A stretch of DNA of 64,000 nt from Bdellovibrionota bacterium (lineage in GTDB: Bacteria; Bdellovibrionota_C; UBA2361; OMII01): NCBI GenBank assembly GCA_044345405.1, contig JBIJBE010000011.1, forward strand, positions 21,212 to 85,211, written 5' to 3'. A model generated the notes under the pieces. The model ran no database searches, had not been told where the DNA came from, and saw only the letters and a list, made by a program, of their open reading frames with translations. This document shows, piece after piece, positions 9,829 through 19,872 of the stretch; the stretch's first letter is position 1; the number at the start of each line of letters is the position of its first letter. The position numbers and the translations under genes were made by a program.

Positions 9829-11610
9829 ATGACAAACTACCCCACGAACTTTTTCTCTCGCACAGAAGGTACTCTCACAGTGAACGCAGAACGATCTACA
9901 CATTCACGCAACGGACTATGGTGTATCCTGATCGTTGCCCTTCTTCTCACGCTCCCGTGGCTCGATCGTCCCTTCCACACCCGTGGAGAGCCACGGGAAG
10001 CGCTCGTCGCGCAATCGATGCTGATCAACAATAACTGGATATCGCCGCCAGCGTATAACGGCGCGGTGCCATCAAAGCCGCCATTTAATCACTGGCTCAT
10101 CTCCATCGTGTCACTCCCGGGAGGAGAGGTGACTGAGTTCACCTCTCGTCTTCCCTCGGCGATCGCCGTGGTTTTGTTTTCGGCGTGTTTCTATCTCTTT
10201 CTCCGTCGGCGGACCTCGGAGCAGTCTGCGCTCCTCGCGGGCCTTATTCTGCTCAGCTCGTTTGAGTGGTTTCGTTCTGCGGTAACCTGTCGAGTCGATA
10301 CTATCCTCAGTACAAGTTTAGCGGGGTCGCTGCTCGCGCTCTTCGCCTGGAGAGAAAAGGGGCGAAAAGGATTTCCATTTCTAGCGGCGGTTCTCATCAC
10401 GTGCGCCGCGTTAACGAAGGGACCCATCGGTGTCGCGTTACCACTCACCATCTTCTCCTTGTTTGAGTTCGTGAGTGCGGAGAAAACCGTGGGGAACGTC
10501 TTCAAGATAGGCCTTCGGGGCGCGATGATTGCGGTTCCGGTGGTACTCGTCGTGTCCCTCTGGTACATCGCCGGATACCTTCAACGCGGCGATGTCTTCA
10601 TCGATAAGATCTACTACGAGAACTTTGCTCGTCTGACGAGCTCCATGGAGGATGAGCCGCATAAGCATGCTGCTCCGTACATGTTCCTCATGCTCGCGAT
10701 AGGATTTCTTCCGTGGACACTTGTCTGGCTATCGGCGGCCATTCGGGCCTTCTCTACTCGTAACTATACGCTGCGCGCGCTCCGAGAGAAGTGGGAAGGC
10801 GCGACCGAGCTCCAAAGGTATGCCTTCGTCGCGGCTGCTTTTATCTTTGTCTTCTTCTGCGTCCCGTCCAGTAAACGCAGCGTGTACATCATGCCTGCGT
10901 ACCCTTTCTTTGCTCTCATAGCCGCGGAATGTATCAACACATGGGGGCCCCGCTCGCGACGGTTGATGCGTATCCTTGGGGATGTGCTTGTTGGTTTCGC
11001 GGCTCTAGTCTCCGTCGTCGTCATCGTAGGCTTCTTTCTTCCAACGGTTCCGCGCGCGCAGCAATTTGGAGCGTCGGTGGAGGCTAGCTTCTCGCTGTGG
11101 AGGGTGAGTGTTCTTGTGGGGTTGGGGGCTCTGGCGATCTCGATGTTTCGGGCCGTTTTCCGGGAAGGTGAAGCACAACGACTCGCCCTCTCTCTTGTTA
11201 CCGCAGTTGTGAGTATCAGTGCGGTCGCTGCTGAGCCTGCCTTTTACCAACTTTCTCCGAGAGCGTGGTTGAGGTCTCCACAGTTTCAAGGGGCCCTCGA
11301 TCTCTCGCGCCATGAGCGATTGTACTCCTTCGGATCCGAGGCATACGTTGCGAGTTTCTATCTGAGAAAGCCCTTCTTCACGGCCACGCCGGGCTTACCA
11401 GTCGGATCGATAGTTGTGGTCGAGGAGAGGAGTCTCGGGCGACTCAAAGAAGAGATAGCACCTCAGGTTCGCGAGGTCGCGCGGTTCTCATCTGGCTTGG
11501 AGTCGGCGAGGAAAAATCTTGTGTTGGTGGAGGTTGTGGTGTCCGAATCCGCCTCAGACAAACCGGAGGTCCCGTCTCCTGACGGGCCCGAACGTATGAA
11601 AAACCTTTGA
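9829..11610 (+). CDS. ArnT/PMT-like (GT-C fold) membrane glycosyltransferase
   Basis: GEPRE, SKPP, SRLPSA, LTKGP, SSKRSVYIMPAYP; many TM segments. Confidence 0.88.
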   Translation: MTNYPTNFFSRTEGTLTVNAERSTHSRNGLWCILIVALLLTLPWLDRPFHTRGEPREALVAQSMLINNNWISPPAYNGAVPSKPPFNHWLISIVSLPGGEVTEFTSRLPSAIAVVLFSACFYLFLRRRTSEQSALLAGLILLSSFEWFRSAVTCRVDTILSTSLAGSLLALFAWREKGRKGFPFLAAVLITCAALTKGPIGVALPLTIFSLFEFVSAEKTVGNVFKIGLRGAMIAVPVVLVVSLWYIAGYLQRGDVFIDKIYYENFARLTSSMEDEPHKHAAPYMFLMLAIGFLPWTLVWLSAAIRAFSTRNYTLRALREKWEGATELQRYAFVAAAFIFVFFCVPSSKRSVYIMPAYPFFALIAAECINTWGPRSRRLMRILGDVLVGFAALVSVVVIVGFFLPTVPRAQQFGASVEASFSLWRVSVLVGLGALAISMFRAVFREGEAQRLALSLVTAVVSISAVAAEPAFYQLSPRAWLRSPQFQGALDLSRHERLYSFGSEAYVASFYLRKPFFTATPGLPVGSIVVVEERSLGRLKEEIAPQVREVARFSSGLESARKNLVLVEVVVSESASDKPEVPSPDGPERMKNL

Positions 11611-11678
11611 GTTGGCCCTTTCTATCCGTGAGGACACGGGCCCTTCGGATCGCCGTTTCGAGCGCAGGGGCGGGGTGC

Positions 11679-12872
11679 TCACCGCCTCAAGTACCCCCGC
11701 AACCCCGGCAACAAGAACACCGCCGCAATCGTCAAAAATACATTGTGCATCACCATAAAGGAAAAGTCTGAGTCGATAGCGAGGTAGACCGGAAAGATCG
11801 CGATACTGGTAAAGATGATTCCGATGAAGCGCCTCCATCGTGGTTCGTGCATGATATAGGCAGCGCCGATGAGAGCGTAGAAGAGCGGCATGAGGGCGCA
11901 TGCGTCATAGATCCACAGGTACGGTGCGGTCACTTGGGAGATAGCAAGCACGAGCAAGAGCGATGAGCTGTCGATGACGCGCACCCGTGTCACTACGATG
12001 AAGACTACGGAAGCAAGGGGGAGTGCCCACAACCACAACGGCGAGTCGTATCCGAGAAGAGCTCCACAATCCCTCACGTAGGTGGACAGGGTCGCCGTGC
12101 GGAGGTGGTGCGAGAAACGGTTCGAGGTGAGCCACTCCGGCAGGTACACGAGGAGCGGAGTCGAAAGAGGCGCAAGGAGAAGGAAGAAGCCGACCGTTCG
12201 CGCCACATCCCTTGGGCTCGCGGTTCGCACGAACTCACGTATGATAAATGGCGCTGCGACGATGAAGCCTTGAGGTTTGATCGACAGGAGCGCCATGGCG
12301 AGTGCCCACTTCCACCATGGTCGATTGGGAGATTCGATCCACTCAACAAGAAGCACCGCTCCGACGAGGAGGAAGACGCTGAATTGCCCAAAGTAGAGGG
12401 TCGCGAGCAGGGGGATATATCCCCACATGAGGAGGGGGGCGTATCGTGGAAGAGGGGGCCACAACTTTTTGAGGCGCAGGATAGAGAGGTAGTAGAGTGA
12501 GAGGCTTGTAAACGCGAGTAGAAATTTAGCTACCGGAAATGGCCAAACGTAGATGGGAAGCATAAAGGTGAGGGTCCACGGATGCCCGCCGATGCGCTGA
12601 GAGGAGGGCACCTGGTTCATCCTCTTCGAAAGCACCTCTCGCAGTGCGTCAAAGTCGTAGGGATCGCCACCCTGTACAAAGAGCTGGATAGCTCCCCAAT
12701 GGGTGAGGCTATCAAATACACCGACGAGGGGATTGCTCGTGATCCACACGCTCACAATTGTAAAGATAATCGCCGCAATAAAGAGATGAGCGTGTCGCAT
12801 GGTGAACGTAGCCATGATACGAGAGGTTCGCCATCGAGCTTCCCTATTTGTGTCGACCGACGCAATCCGCAA
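11679..12872 (-). CDS. GT87 (DUF2029)-like membrane glycosyltransferase
   Basis: GGDPYD, HPWT, GQFS, SIKPQ, PYLWIYD; hydrophobic. Start may be ATG 12815. Confidence 0.75.
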   Translation of the reverse strand: MRIASVDTNREARWRTSRIMATFTMRHAHLFIAAIIFTIVSVWITSNPLVGVFDSLTHWGAIQLFVQGGDPYDFDALREVLSKRMNQVPSSQRIGGHPWTLTFMLPIYVWPFPVAKFLLAFTSLSLYYLSILRLKKLWPPLPRYAPLLMWGYIPLLATLYFGQFSVFLLVGAVLLVEWIESPNRPWWKWALAMALLSIKPQGFIVAAPFIIREFVRTASPRDVARTVGFFLLLAPLSTPLLVYLPEWLTSNRFSHHLRTATLSTYVRDCGALLGYDSPLWLWALPLASVVFIVVTRVRVIDSSSLLLVLAISQVTAPYLWIYDACALMPLFYALIGAAYIMHEPRWRRFIGIIFTSIAIFPVYLAIDSDFSFMVMHNVFLTIAAVFLLPGLRGYLRR

Positions 12873-12883
12873 ACAAAGACCCC

Positions 12884-12921
12884 AAAAGCAAAGGGCTCCT
12901 CGCGTCGCCGCGGGAGCCCTT
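12884..12921 (-). terminator. Intrinsic terminator after rpsN
   Basis: Minus strand reads aagggctcc-cgcggcgacgcga-ggagccctt followed by a T-rich tail. Confidence 0.8.
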
Positions 12922-12946
12922 GTGCTCGTGACCCTGTCAGGTGGGA

Positions 12947-13252
12947 TTACCAGCTGGACTTTGTAAGGCCTGGGATAAGTCCCTTGTGAGCCATCTCACG
13001 GAAGGTGATACGGCTGATCATGAACTTTCTGTACACACCACGAGAACGTCCGGTGAGCTGACAACGATTGCGGATACGCTCCTTAGCTCCGTTACGTGGC
13101 AACGACTGAAGCTTCATGCGAGCCTGGAAACGCTCCTCGTCGGAGAGCTTTGGATCGATAGCCTTAGCGCGAAGCTCAGCACGGATTGGAGTCTGGTGCT
13201 TAGCCATCTTGATGCGCTTGTTGTTGCGAAGTACTGAGCTTTTCTTTGCCAT
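12947..13252 (-). CDS. rpsN: 30S ribosomal protein S14, long zinc-independent form, monocistronic
   Basis: [40 protein letters not shown]; only one Cys. Confidence 0.98.
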   Translation of the reverse strand: MAKKSSVLRNNKRIKMAKHQTPIRAELRAKAIDPKLSDEERFQARMKLQSLPRNGAKERIRNRCQLTGRSRGVYRKFMISRITFREMAHKGLIPGLTKSSW

Positions 13253-13355
13253 ACGAACTGTCTTACTAACTACTACGTACCACCAGGTATACGTTGTGGT
13301 GGTTCTTAAATCTATGCTCCCGGTGCACGGATTGTGAAACGTACAGAGCGGGCGA

Positions 13356-13383
13356 ATAATATCACAACTTTAGGGCGTGTCCA
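13356..13383 (-). promoter_or_regulatory. Putative sigma70 promoter of rpsN
   Basis: TGGACA-16 bp-TATTAT with an extended -10 TG, about 100 bp upstream of the ATG. Confidence 0.5.
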
Positions 13384-13406
13384 TAGTAGCCAACCCTTTG
13401 ATTTTA

Positions 13407-14627
13407 CTAGGAGCGCCTATCTTTTGCCCCCTCCCGGATAGAAAAAAGCAGGATCGACGCCATCAGAATGAGCGCCGCGCTGATCATGCTTAATGTTTGA
13501 AGGTCGAAGATTCCAAGGAGCGCGAAGGCGGTCATTGGGGCAAAGAGCCCCCGGACTCCGGTAAAGAATGTGTGGACCGCCATATAGTCAGCTACCCGCT
13601 CTGGTGGCGCGAACTTTGTTACCCATAGGGTCCATGCGACATCTCCCCCCGACGTTGAGAATCCGAAGATGAGCGCTGATAGCGCTAACGCCTCCCAGGT
13701 GTTGGTCGCGAAGAAGGACACGATGCCGGTGAGGAACGACAGGTTGAGGATGATGCGCAGCGAGAAGAAATTCATCGAATCGAAGAGCTTTCCCCAGATG
13801 TACGTTCCGCCGAGTCGCGCGAGGTTGGGAAGGATTGAAACATAGACCGCGATCTCAAGTTCCGAGAGCCGCATCCCATAGATCGGATTCGCGAGGTATT
13901 CAGTTCGGAGCGGAAGCATCATCAGGTTACCAAAACCGAGCAGCATCCAAGAGATCGTTGTGTTTCGCAGTAACGCGTCGTGTGTGAGGTACCGAAAGCA
14001 CGAGAGGATGGGAGCTCTCGGTGTGCTCGCGTTATCGCCGGGAAGTTGGAAGAGGAAAAACGACGAGCCCGCGAGCGCCACGCTGTAGAGCGCGATTAAT
14101 AGGTAATAGTACTGAATGGCGCCATTAAGCGCCCAGCCAGCGAAGCCGCCGAAGATGATACTCGTCGCGATCCGAATCGCTTGGTTTTGGGCGTAGAGTT
14201 GACCCCGTTGGTGAACCGGATAGTTGTTGTGAAAGATGGAAGTGAGCAGCGGTGACGCGGTCGAGGGAAGTATGATTCCTATGCCGAGCAGCGTTACAAA
14301 GAGTGGGGTGTTCGTTACCCACACTGCGAGAAAGAAGGCGATCGAGGAAAGCCCAAAGAGCAGGGCAAGCATTCGCGGAGCGGAGTACCCGAGGTGTCGG
14401 GAGACGAAGAGGGTAATTGGGGTCAGGAGGAGGCCTGAGGTTCCCGCGGCGGCAATCACCGATTTATCGAAGGAGGTGCCGTGAAACTGACGCACCAAGA
14501 TCATCAAGATGAACACGCTGTAGCTCTCGAATACCCCGGCCGCGATGGCCCGATAACGCTCAAGCTCAACCGTTCGCGCAATGACAGCGTGTGTTGATGA
14601 GGTGGTATTGACGGGTGGGTGTGGCAT
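13407..14627 (-). CDS. MFS transporter
   Basis: About 12 TM segments, NYPVHQRGQ, WGKLFD, FAPPERVADY. Start set to ATG 14627 to avoid overlap with the Nudix gene. Confidence 0.85.
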   Translation of the reverse strand: MPHPPVNTTSSTHAVIARTVELERYRAIAAGVFESYSVFILMILVRQFHGTSFDKSVIAAAGTSGLLLTPITLFVSRHLGYSAPRMLALLFGLSSIAFFLAVWVTNTPLFVTLLGIGIILPSTASPLLTSIFHNNYPVHQRGQLYAQNQAIRIATSIIFGGFAGWALNGAIQYYYLLIALYSVALAGSSFFLFQLPGDNASTPRAPILSCFRYLTHDALLRNTTISWMLLGFGNLMMLPLRTEYLANPIYGMRLSELEIAVYVSILPNLARLGGTYIWGKLFDSMNFFSLRIILNLSFLTGIVSFFATNTWEALALSALIFGFSTSGGDVAWTLWVTKFAPPERVADYMAVHTFFTGVRGLFAPMTAFALLGIFDLQTLSMISAALILMASILLFSIREGAKDRRS

Positions 14628-14691
14628 GACAGATCGTGTACTCGTGATACTGTCTGGATTGCACCTCAGACGCAACCTTTCCCCCTGGAAT

Positions 14692-15264
14692 ATGACATCG
14701 ACAAGTACTCGTGACCAATTGCTTGAGCTTCTTCGCCGATATGCGCCCCCAACGGCGGACCGTGCCTCTAATCTGGAGCGGATTCTCTCATTCGTTGAAG
14801 GGGAGCCGGCGTGCGCCGAGCGCACCCATCAGTTCGGACACCTGACCGGCTCAGCGTGGGTTGTGAATAAAGCTCGTACCAAAGCATTGCTGCTGCACCA
14901 TCGAAAGCTTAACCGTTGGATGCAACCTGGTGGTCACGCGGATGGAGAGCTCGATCTACTCGCGGTCGCTCTCCGCGAGGCGCGAGAGGAGAGTGGCCTC
15001 TCCTCCATTGTGCCCGTTTCAGGTGAGGTATTAGACGTGGATGTTCATGAGATCCCGCCGTTCAAAGATATTCCGGCCCACTATCACTTCGATGTGCGAT
15101 TTCTTTTGGTAGCTGACGATAGCGAGGTTCCAACTCAAAATGAGGAGTCGAATGAGGTGAAGTGGATCGAACTCTCAGAGATTGGGCAGTATACCGATGA
15201 GGAGTCGGTGTTGCGGATGGCGCGGTTGGGGGCGATTGGTGCCACGGAGGGCGGTCATTCCTGA
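14692..15264 (+). CDS. Nudix hydrolase
   Basis: GHLTGSAW, WMQPGGHADGE..ALREAREESG Nudix box, HYHFDVRF; stop codon lies inside a REP. Confidence 0.92.
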   Translation: MTSTSTRDQLLELLRRYAPPTADRASNLERILSFVEGEPACAERTHQFGHLTGSAWVVNKARTKALLLHHRKLNRWMQPGGHADGELDLLAVALREAREESGLSSIVPVSGEVLDVDVHEIPPFKDIPAHYHFDVRFLLVADDSEVPTQNEESNEVKWIELSEIGQYTDEESVLRMARLGAIGATEGGHS

Positions 15265-15335
15265 CCGCCGTGTTACGTGTGGCGACCCCTTTTGGGATAC
15301 GTAACATTTCGGCGACCGGGGACGGTCGCCCTCCC
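15246..15335. repeat. REPIN-like element
   Basis: ggagggcggtcattcctgaccgccg-tgttacgt ... acgtaaca-tttcggcgaccggggacggtcgccctccc. Confidence 0.88.
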
Positions 15336-15366
15336 AGGCCGGGTTCGTCATTCCCTCCGCAATGAC

Positions 15367-16215
15367 TCACTCCCCCAAAAACCCCCGCAACTTCTCAATC
15401 TCCGAACTCGCGCCATCAAGGGACGCTAACGCCGGAGTCTCAAGAATAAAAGGAATATGCGCGAGCTTCTTGTGGGTGAATACCTTCTTCAAGGTTTCGC
15501 CTCCAATGAGACCGTCTCCGATATTCTCGTGGCGATCCTTGTTGCTGCCTAACGCGGTCTTGCTGTCGTTTAAATGAATCGACCACACCTTGTCGAGACC
15601 GAACTCCCGTTCGACGTTATCGATCACTCCCTCAAGGTCGTTCACAAAATCGTAACCGCTCGCCCACATGTGTTGTGTGTCGAGCCCGAATCCGACGTTC
15701 TCTTTACGTTCAAGCTGCCCGTAGATCATCGCGAGCTCTTCGACCTTATCGCCGATCACCGCTCCGGCTCCCGCTGAGACCTCAAGGATCAATCGAGCGT
15801 TGTCAGGCGCTTTCTCCATAATGAAGTTAAGGCCAGAAACCACACGGTCATACCCAACGGCCTCATCCTCTTGGTCCTTCATGCTGCCGACGTGAAAGAT
15901 GACGCCGCTTCCGCCGATACGAGCGTTGAGGTCGAGGTCGTTGAGGAGCGACACTCGAGCGTTGTTGAATTTTTGATTGTCTGGGGTCGCCATGTTGATG
16001 AGGTAAATGGCGTGAAAGAACACCTTCTCCAGGCATGTTCCCTCTTTTGCCTCCAGGAACGCGTCTTCGATCCCCGCGGGAAAGGGGGTGATGTTCCATC
16101 GCTGCGGAGGGGAGGGGTGCACCTGAATAGTGTTGATTCCAAGCTCAACCGCCGCGCCGACCGCGTTCTTTAAGCCACCAGCCGCTGAAACATGAGCACC
16201 GAAGTATCTTTTCAT
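15367..16215 (-). CDS. nfo: Endonuclease IV
   Basis: GAHVSAAGG, HAIYLIN, FHVGS, LDTQH, HLNDSK..DRHENIGDG, ILETP. Confidence 0.95.
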   Translation of the reverse strand: MKRYFGAHVSAAGGLKNAVGAAVELGINTIQVHPSPPQRWNITPFPAGIEDAFLEAKEGTCLEKVFFHAIYLINMATPDNQKFNNARVSLLNDLDLNARIGGSGVIFHVGSMKDQEDEAVGYDRVVSGLNFIMEKAPDNARLILEVSAGAGAVIGDKVEELAMIYGQLERKENVGFGLDTQHMWASGYDFVNDLEGVIDNVEREFGLDKVWSIHLNDSKTALGSNKDRHENIGDGLIGGETLKKVFTHKKLAHIPFILETPALASLDGASSEIEKLRGFLGE

Positions 16216-16302
16216 CGTATTCCTCATCCATTTCCCGTTGAACGAACGAAAGCCGAGGGGGATACTTACCTAAACGTGGATGTAATGTCGAGGTAAGGTT
16301 GC

Positions 16303-17115
16303 ATGGTAAGGGCCATTCCATTCTTTTTGGTAGGTGCTGTGCTAGGTGGTGTGGCGATGTGGAGTGTGTGTAGCCAAACGCCGCCCGCTGCGCCCCTTCC
16401 GGGGCCAGTGGCGACCCCACTCGTGTGTACTACGGAGGAGCTCACTCGACTTCAACACCGTGTGGCTCAACTGGAAAGTGAAAGGAGCCAAGTCGCCGCG
16501 CCTACCTCTCCGCTGCCAAACGGCGCTGCTGTAGCTACTGCTCATGAGGTCCCCAACCACGAAGGATCGAGCCCTTCGAACGATGTCCTCTCGTGGAGGA
16601 TCTCAGCGATTGAGAAATTTGTACCTCTGAACTCCGACCAAAAGGATCGTCTTCGAGAGAAGTACGAGCGTGAGGCTCAAGCGCGCGCGAACGGTGAGGA
16701 GGTTGAGGCGGAATCCCTTGATGACATTCTCGGCGCCGAGAACGCCTCCTACTATCGGGAGCAGGTCAGCGCCGCGTTCAAGCGGGTGCAGACTGAGGAG
16801 GTCGAGCGTGAGTCCGTATGGCTCTCACGCAAGCTCGGGCTCACTCCTGATCAAGAGAGCTCGATGCGTCAGGTCTTTGAACGCGTCGAGTCGGAGGTTG
16901 GAAGGGGAAACCAATCCGGAAGATCGGGATTGAGTCCTCAAGATCGTGTTCGAGCGATGATCGCCGACAACCGGCGTCGACTAGAGCTTCGAAACGCGGA
17001 GCTCTCTAAAATTCTTACCCCAGAGCAGCTCCAAGCGTACGCTCAGATTGAAGCGGAATCCTCCGCTTCTGATGTGGAGGTGTTTCATGACGCGGGGGAG
17101 GGGGCAGCTAAGTAG
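16303..17115 (+). CDS. Membrane-anchored periplasmic helical protein with LTxxQ-like motifs
   Basis: N-terminal hydrophobic segment, coiled coil, LNSDQ / LGLTPDQ / ILTPEQ motifs (Spy/CpxP-like). Confidence 0.6.
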   Translation: MVRAIPFFLVGAVLGGVAMWSVCSQTPPAAPLPGPVATPLVCTTEELTRLQHRVAQLESERSQVAAPTSPLPNGAAVATAHEVPNHEGSSPSNDVLSWRISAIEKFVPLNSDQKDRLREKYEREAQARANGEEVEAESLDDILGAENASYYREQVSAAFKRVQTEEVERESVWLSRKLGLTPDQESSMRQVFERVESEVGRGNQSGRSGLSPQDRVRAMIADNRRRLELRNAELSKILTPEQLQAYAQIEAESSASDVEVFHDAGEGAAK

Positions 17116-17158
17116 GTTGCAAGCGATGGTCGAGATGTCCTGTAACGGATAGCACCAT

Positions 17159-17275
17159 GGGAGGGCGACCGTCCCTCCCTCGACCCTGCTCGTGACAGGT
17201 CGGTCGCCGAACTGTCACGCATCACCAAGGACATTCGCCTCACGTAACGCGGCGGTCAGGAATGACCGCCCTCCC
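17159..17275. repeat. REPIN-like element, inverted copy of 15246-15335 with a 25 bp loop insertion
   Basis: Reverse complement of 17235-17274 matches 15246-15285 at 38/40; insert at 17176-17200. Confidence 0.88.
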
Positions 17276-17307
17276 AGATCACGGTTCACACAGAGGTCGC
17301 CGAGACG

Positions 17308-19071
17308 CTACAGAGCAACTCTGTCGCTCGACCGCTCTGCGTTAGCATGCGTTCGCGACGCTCCCCCATGCCTCTGCTTCTTCGGCAGCACCATCACAAA
17401 CCGCGTGTGCGGCGATTTGGTATCGAGTGAGAGGGACCCTCCGTGATCGGTCATAATGTTGCTTGAGATACTGAGACCAAGACCGGTTCCCTTACCGGGT
17501 GGTTTCGTCGTGAAGAAAGGGGCCATGATCTTTCGGGCGATATCTTTCGGAATTCCGGGTCCGGAATCCATCACCGCAATCTCGAAAGATGATCCTGTAT
17601 CCCTAGCCTCCAGGGTTACCCAACGCTCCGCTTGTCCGAGCGCGGCGTCGTAGGCGTTATTGAGGAGGTTTAAGAGTACCTGAGAGATCTGACTTGGACG
17701 ACATTCAATCTCCCATGAATCGGGAATCTCGCTCACAGAGAGCCGGATCTCTTTGCTCAGGAGTCGGGCGTGACATAGGTCGAGCGTCTCAGTTACTAAT
17801 TTTCTCAGAGGTGCCTGCGTATACTCGTCGTGCGTGGAGTCCCGAGAGAATGCCTTGAGCTCTGATACGATAGTCGCCATCCTCTGAACGCAGGTATCCA
17901 CCTTGTCGAGATGCGCATGAAGAGTCTCCTTGGTGAGTCGGCTATCGTTCGACAGTCGTTGAAGGAGGTGGCTGGTGAGGGTCAACGTGTGGAGGGGATT
18001 GTTGATCTCGTGGGCGACACCCGCCGCGATCTCCCCGAGAGTCGCCATCTTGGAGGCGTTCGCGAGGCCCGCAAGGTGTCGACGAGATTCCATCTCCGCC
18101 CTTTGACGGGCGACGACGGCGCTGAGTTGCAGCGAGAGCAGTTCGAAAAATCGGACGATCGGATCTGAGTCATAATTGGCGTTGATCTTGAAAAACTCAA
18201 GAACGGCGACAACCGTCTCGCCAACAAAGATCGGAACTCCAGCTCCCGTTACCTGTTTGAGGCCGGTCAATGCACCTTGGCGAGGTACATGAGGGTCTTG
18301 AGTCGCATCCTCTATCCACACGACCGTTCGCTCCTGAAGCACTCTACCGGGAAGGCCCTCGCCCCTCGCGAACCTGCGTGTGGATGTGTCCTTGTAGAGC
18401 GCGGCGTAGCGCCCACATTCGGTCATGCTCCATAGCCCACTCGAGACGAGGGCCGAGGGTGAATCCTCAGCGAGGCGGAGGACGTGGCCAACGTCCCATC
18501 CGAAAGCCTGACACACAGCGTCAAGCGTAGAGCGATACACAGCCTCCTCGTTGTCGCTCTCCTGATGGCTGAGAGCGATCGAGAGCAGGAGTTTTGTTAT
18601 TCGGTTCTTCCACTCAAGGGATGCTTTTGCCTCTCGTAGTCGCTTTTGATTGAGCACCTGCCCCTGCATGAAGAGGAGGAAGTCAAAGATAGGGTCCGCC
18701 ATCCGAAAATCAGTAATAGTGAGGTTGAGAGCTGAGATGTCGCTAGGGCTTGATATCGACAGCTCAAGCGCGAAGATGAAACGGCTAGAGGTTGCATTGC
18801 ACGGGGCTACTTGGCCCCGCAGCTTAACACACTCATTCAGATGAGAGGAGAGCACGATAAGCTCTCCGACCAGGTTCGTTGGTAGTTCGAGAGTGGGCTT
18901 GTTTGATGGTTGGGTGAGGGTGAAGGTTGTTGAGAAATGCTGACCGGTTGAAGTTTGCGTAAGGATCTTCGCGAGAGAGCGACCGACAGCCTGAATGACG
19001 CCTTGATCATCGGTGATGAAGGAGAAGGGGTGAAGCGCGTCGAATAGGTCTCGTTCGGTGGTGCTGCTCAT
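17308..19071 (-). CDS. Sensor histidine kinase, H-NOBA/PAS-like + GAF + HisKA + HATPase
   Basis: N-terminal [13 protein letters not shown] and DFRMADP resemble sGC H-NOBA; GEGLPGRV (GAF); [30 protein letters not shown]. Confidence 0.92.
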   Translation of the reverse strand: MSSTTERDLFDALHPFSFITDDQGVIQAVGRSLAKILTQTSTGQHFSTTFTLTQPSNKPTLELPTNLVGELIVLSSHLNECVKLRGQVAPCNATSSRFIFALELSISSPSDISALNLTITDFRMADPIFDFLLFMQGQVLNQKRLREAKASLEWKNRITKLLLSIALSHQESDNEEAVYRSTLDAVCQAFGWDVGHVLRLAEDSPSALVSSGLWSMTECGRYAALYKDTSTRRFARGEGLPGRVLQERTVVWIEDATQDPHVPRQGALTGLKQVTGAGVPIFVGETVVAVLEFFKINANYDSDPIVRFFELLSLQLSAVVARQRAEMESRRHLAGLANASKMATLGEIAAGVAHEINNPLHTLTLTSHLLQRLSNDSRLTKETLHAHLDKVDTCVQRMATIVSELKAFSRDSTHDEYTQAPLRKLVTETLDLCHARLLSKEIRLSVSEIPDSWEIECRPSQISQVLLNLLNNAYDAALGQAERWVTLEARDTGSSFEIAVMDSGPGIPKDIARKIMAPFFTTKPPGKGTGLGLSISSNIMTDHGGSLSLDTKSPHTRFVMVLPKKQRHGGASRTHANAERSSDRVAL

Positions 19072-19616
19072 GCGGAGATAAACTGGACCAGAAATTCATC
19101 GTGATCAGATCCCGTTCCCCTCGGGGTATGGGTAATAGCGACCGTATCACCATACTTGTCCGCTAATCCCTGAAGAAGACCTGTAACCATTGGAGCAAGA
19201 CCGGTCCGATTGGAATGATAGTGCACCACGATGTGGTCTTCCGCTGGGATCTCTACGATAAAACGAGGAGGGGAGAGCGCTGGCATCATCGCGCCCATGT
19301 GCGCGTGCATGCGGTTGAGGTTTGAAAGACAGGTTCGGAGATCCCCTCCGAAAAGCCGCATCAGGTCGCCGTAGCCGCTCTCCGCGGTGTAGGTGATCCA
19401 GTAGTGTCCGTATCGAGTGAGCACCTCGTCGGTAGAGAGATTGAGCTTCTCGGAGGTGAGTTGAACGAGCTTCAAGGTGAGGGAGTCGTCGTAGGGGCAT
19501 AACGGCTCGAACCCTTCGGGTTCAACTCCCGCCTCCCGACACATCGCTTCCCATGTATCGACTCCCGCCAGTCGAATGACAAGTTGACGAATCCCTTCGT
19601 TGACTAGACCGTACAT
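19068..19616 (-). CDS. H-NOX heme NO-binding protein
   Basis: MYGLVN start, YDD, proximal His in NLNRMH, PPRF, YHSNR (YxSxR); AGGAGG RBS; 4 bp overlap with the kinase. Confidence 0.95.
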   Translation of the reverse strand: MYGLVNEGIRQLVIRLAGVDTWEAMCREAGVEPEGFEPLCPYDDSLTLKLVQLTSEKLNLSTDEVLTRYGHYWITYTAESGYGDLMRLFGGDLRTCLSNLNRMHAHMGAMMPALSPPRFIVEIPAEDHIVVHYHSNRTGLAPMVTGLLQGLADKYGDTVAITHTPRGTGSDHDEFLVQFISA

Positions 19617-19872
19617 AGCACCTCCTCGCTAGAGTGTTGGGACCTTTGTGGTATCGACCCTATGGAGAATAGATATGAGCCCAACGGCTCATAGCGACCC
19701 TACATCTGTCGAGCTAAACAATAAATGAAAAAATGGGCTATATTCACTCAGCTTTGAGTGCCCCGTTCGAGCGCGGGGTATGATCGAGCCCATGCTCTGG
19801 ATGGCCGAACGACGGCCTCGGAACTACCCGAGAGCACGTTGGGGTCCTTTAATTGACTGGTAATTCGGGGTG

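Noticed and set aside
14581-14825. Long overlap of the MFS and Nudix ORFs as given in the track
   Set aside because: The overlap disappears using ATG 14627 and ATG 14692; the extensions lack family-like sequence.
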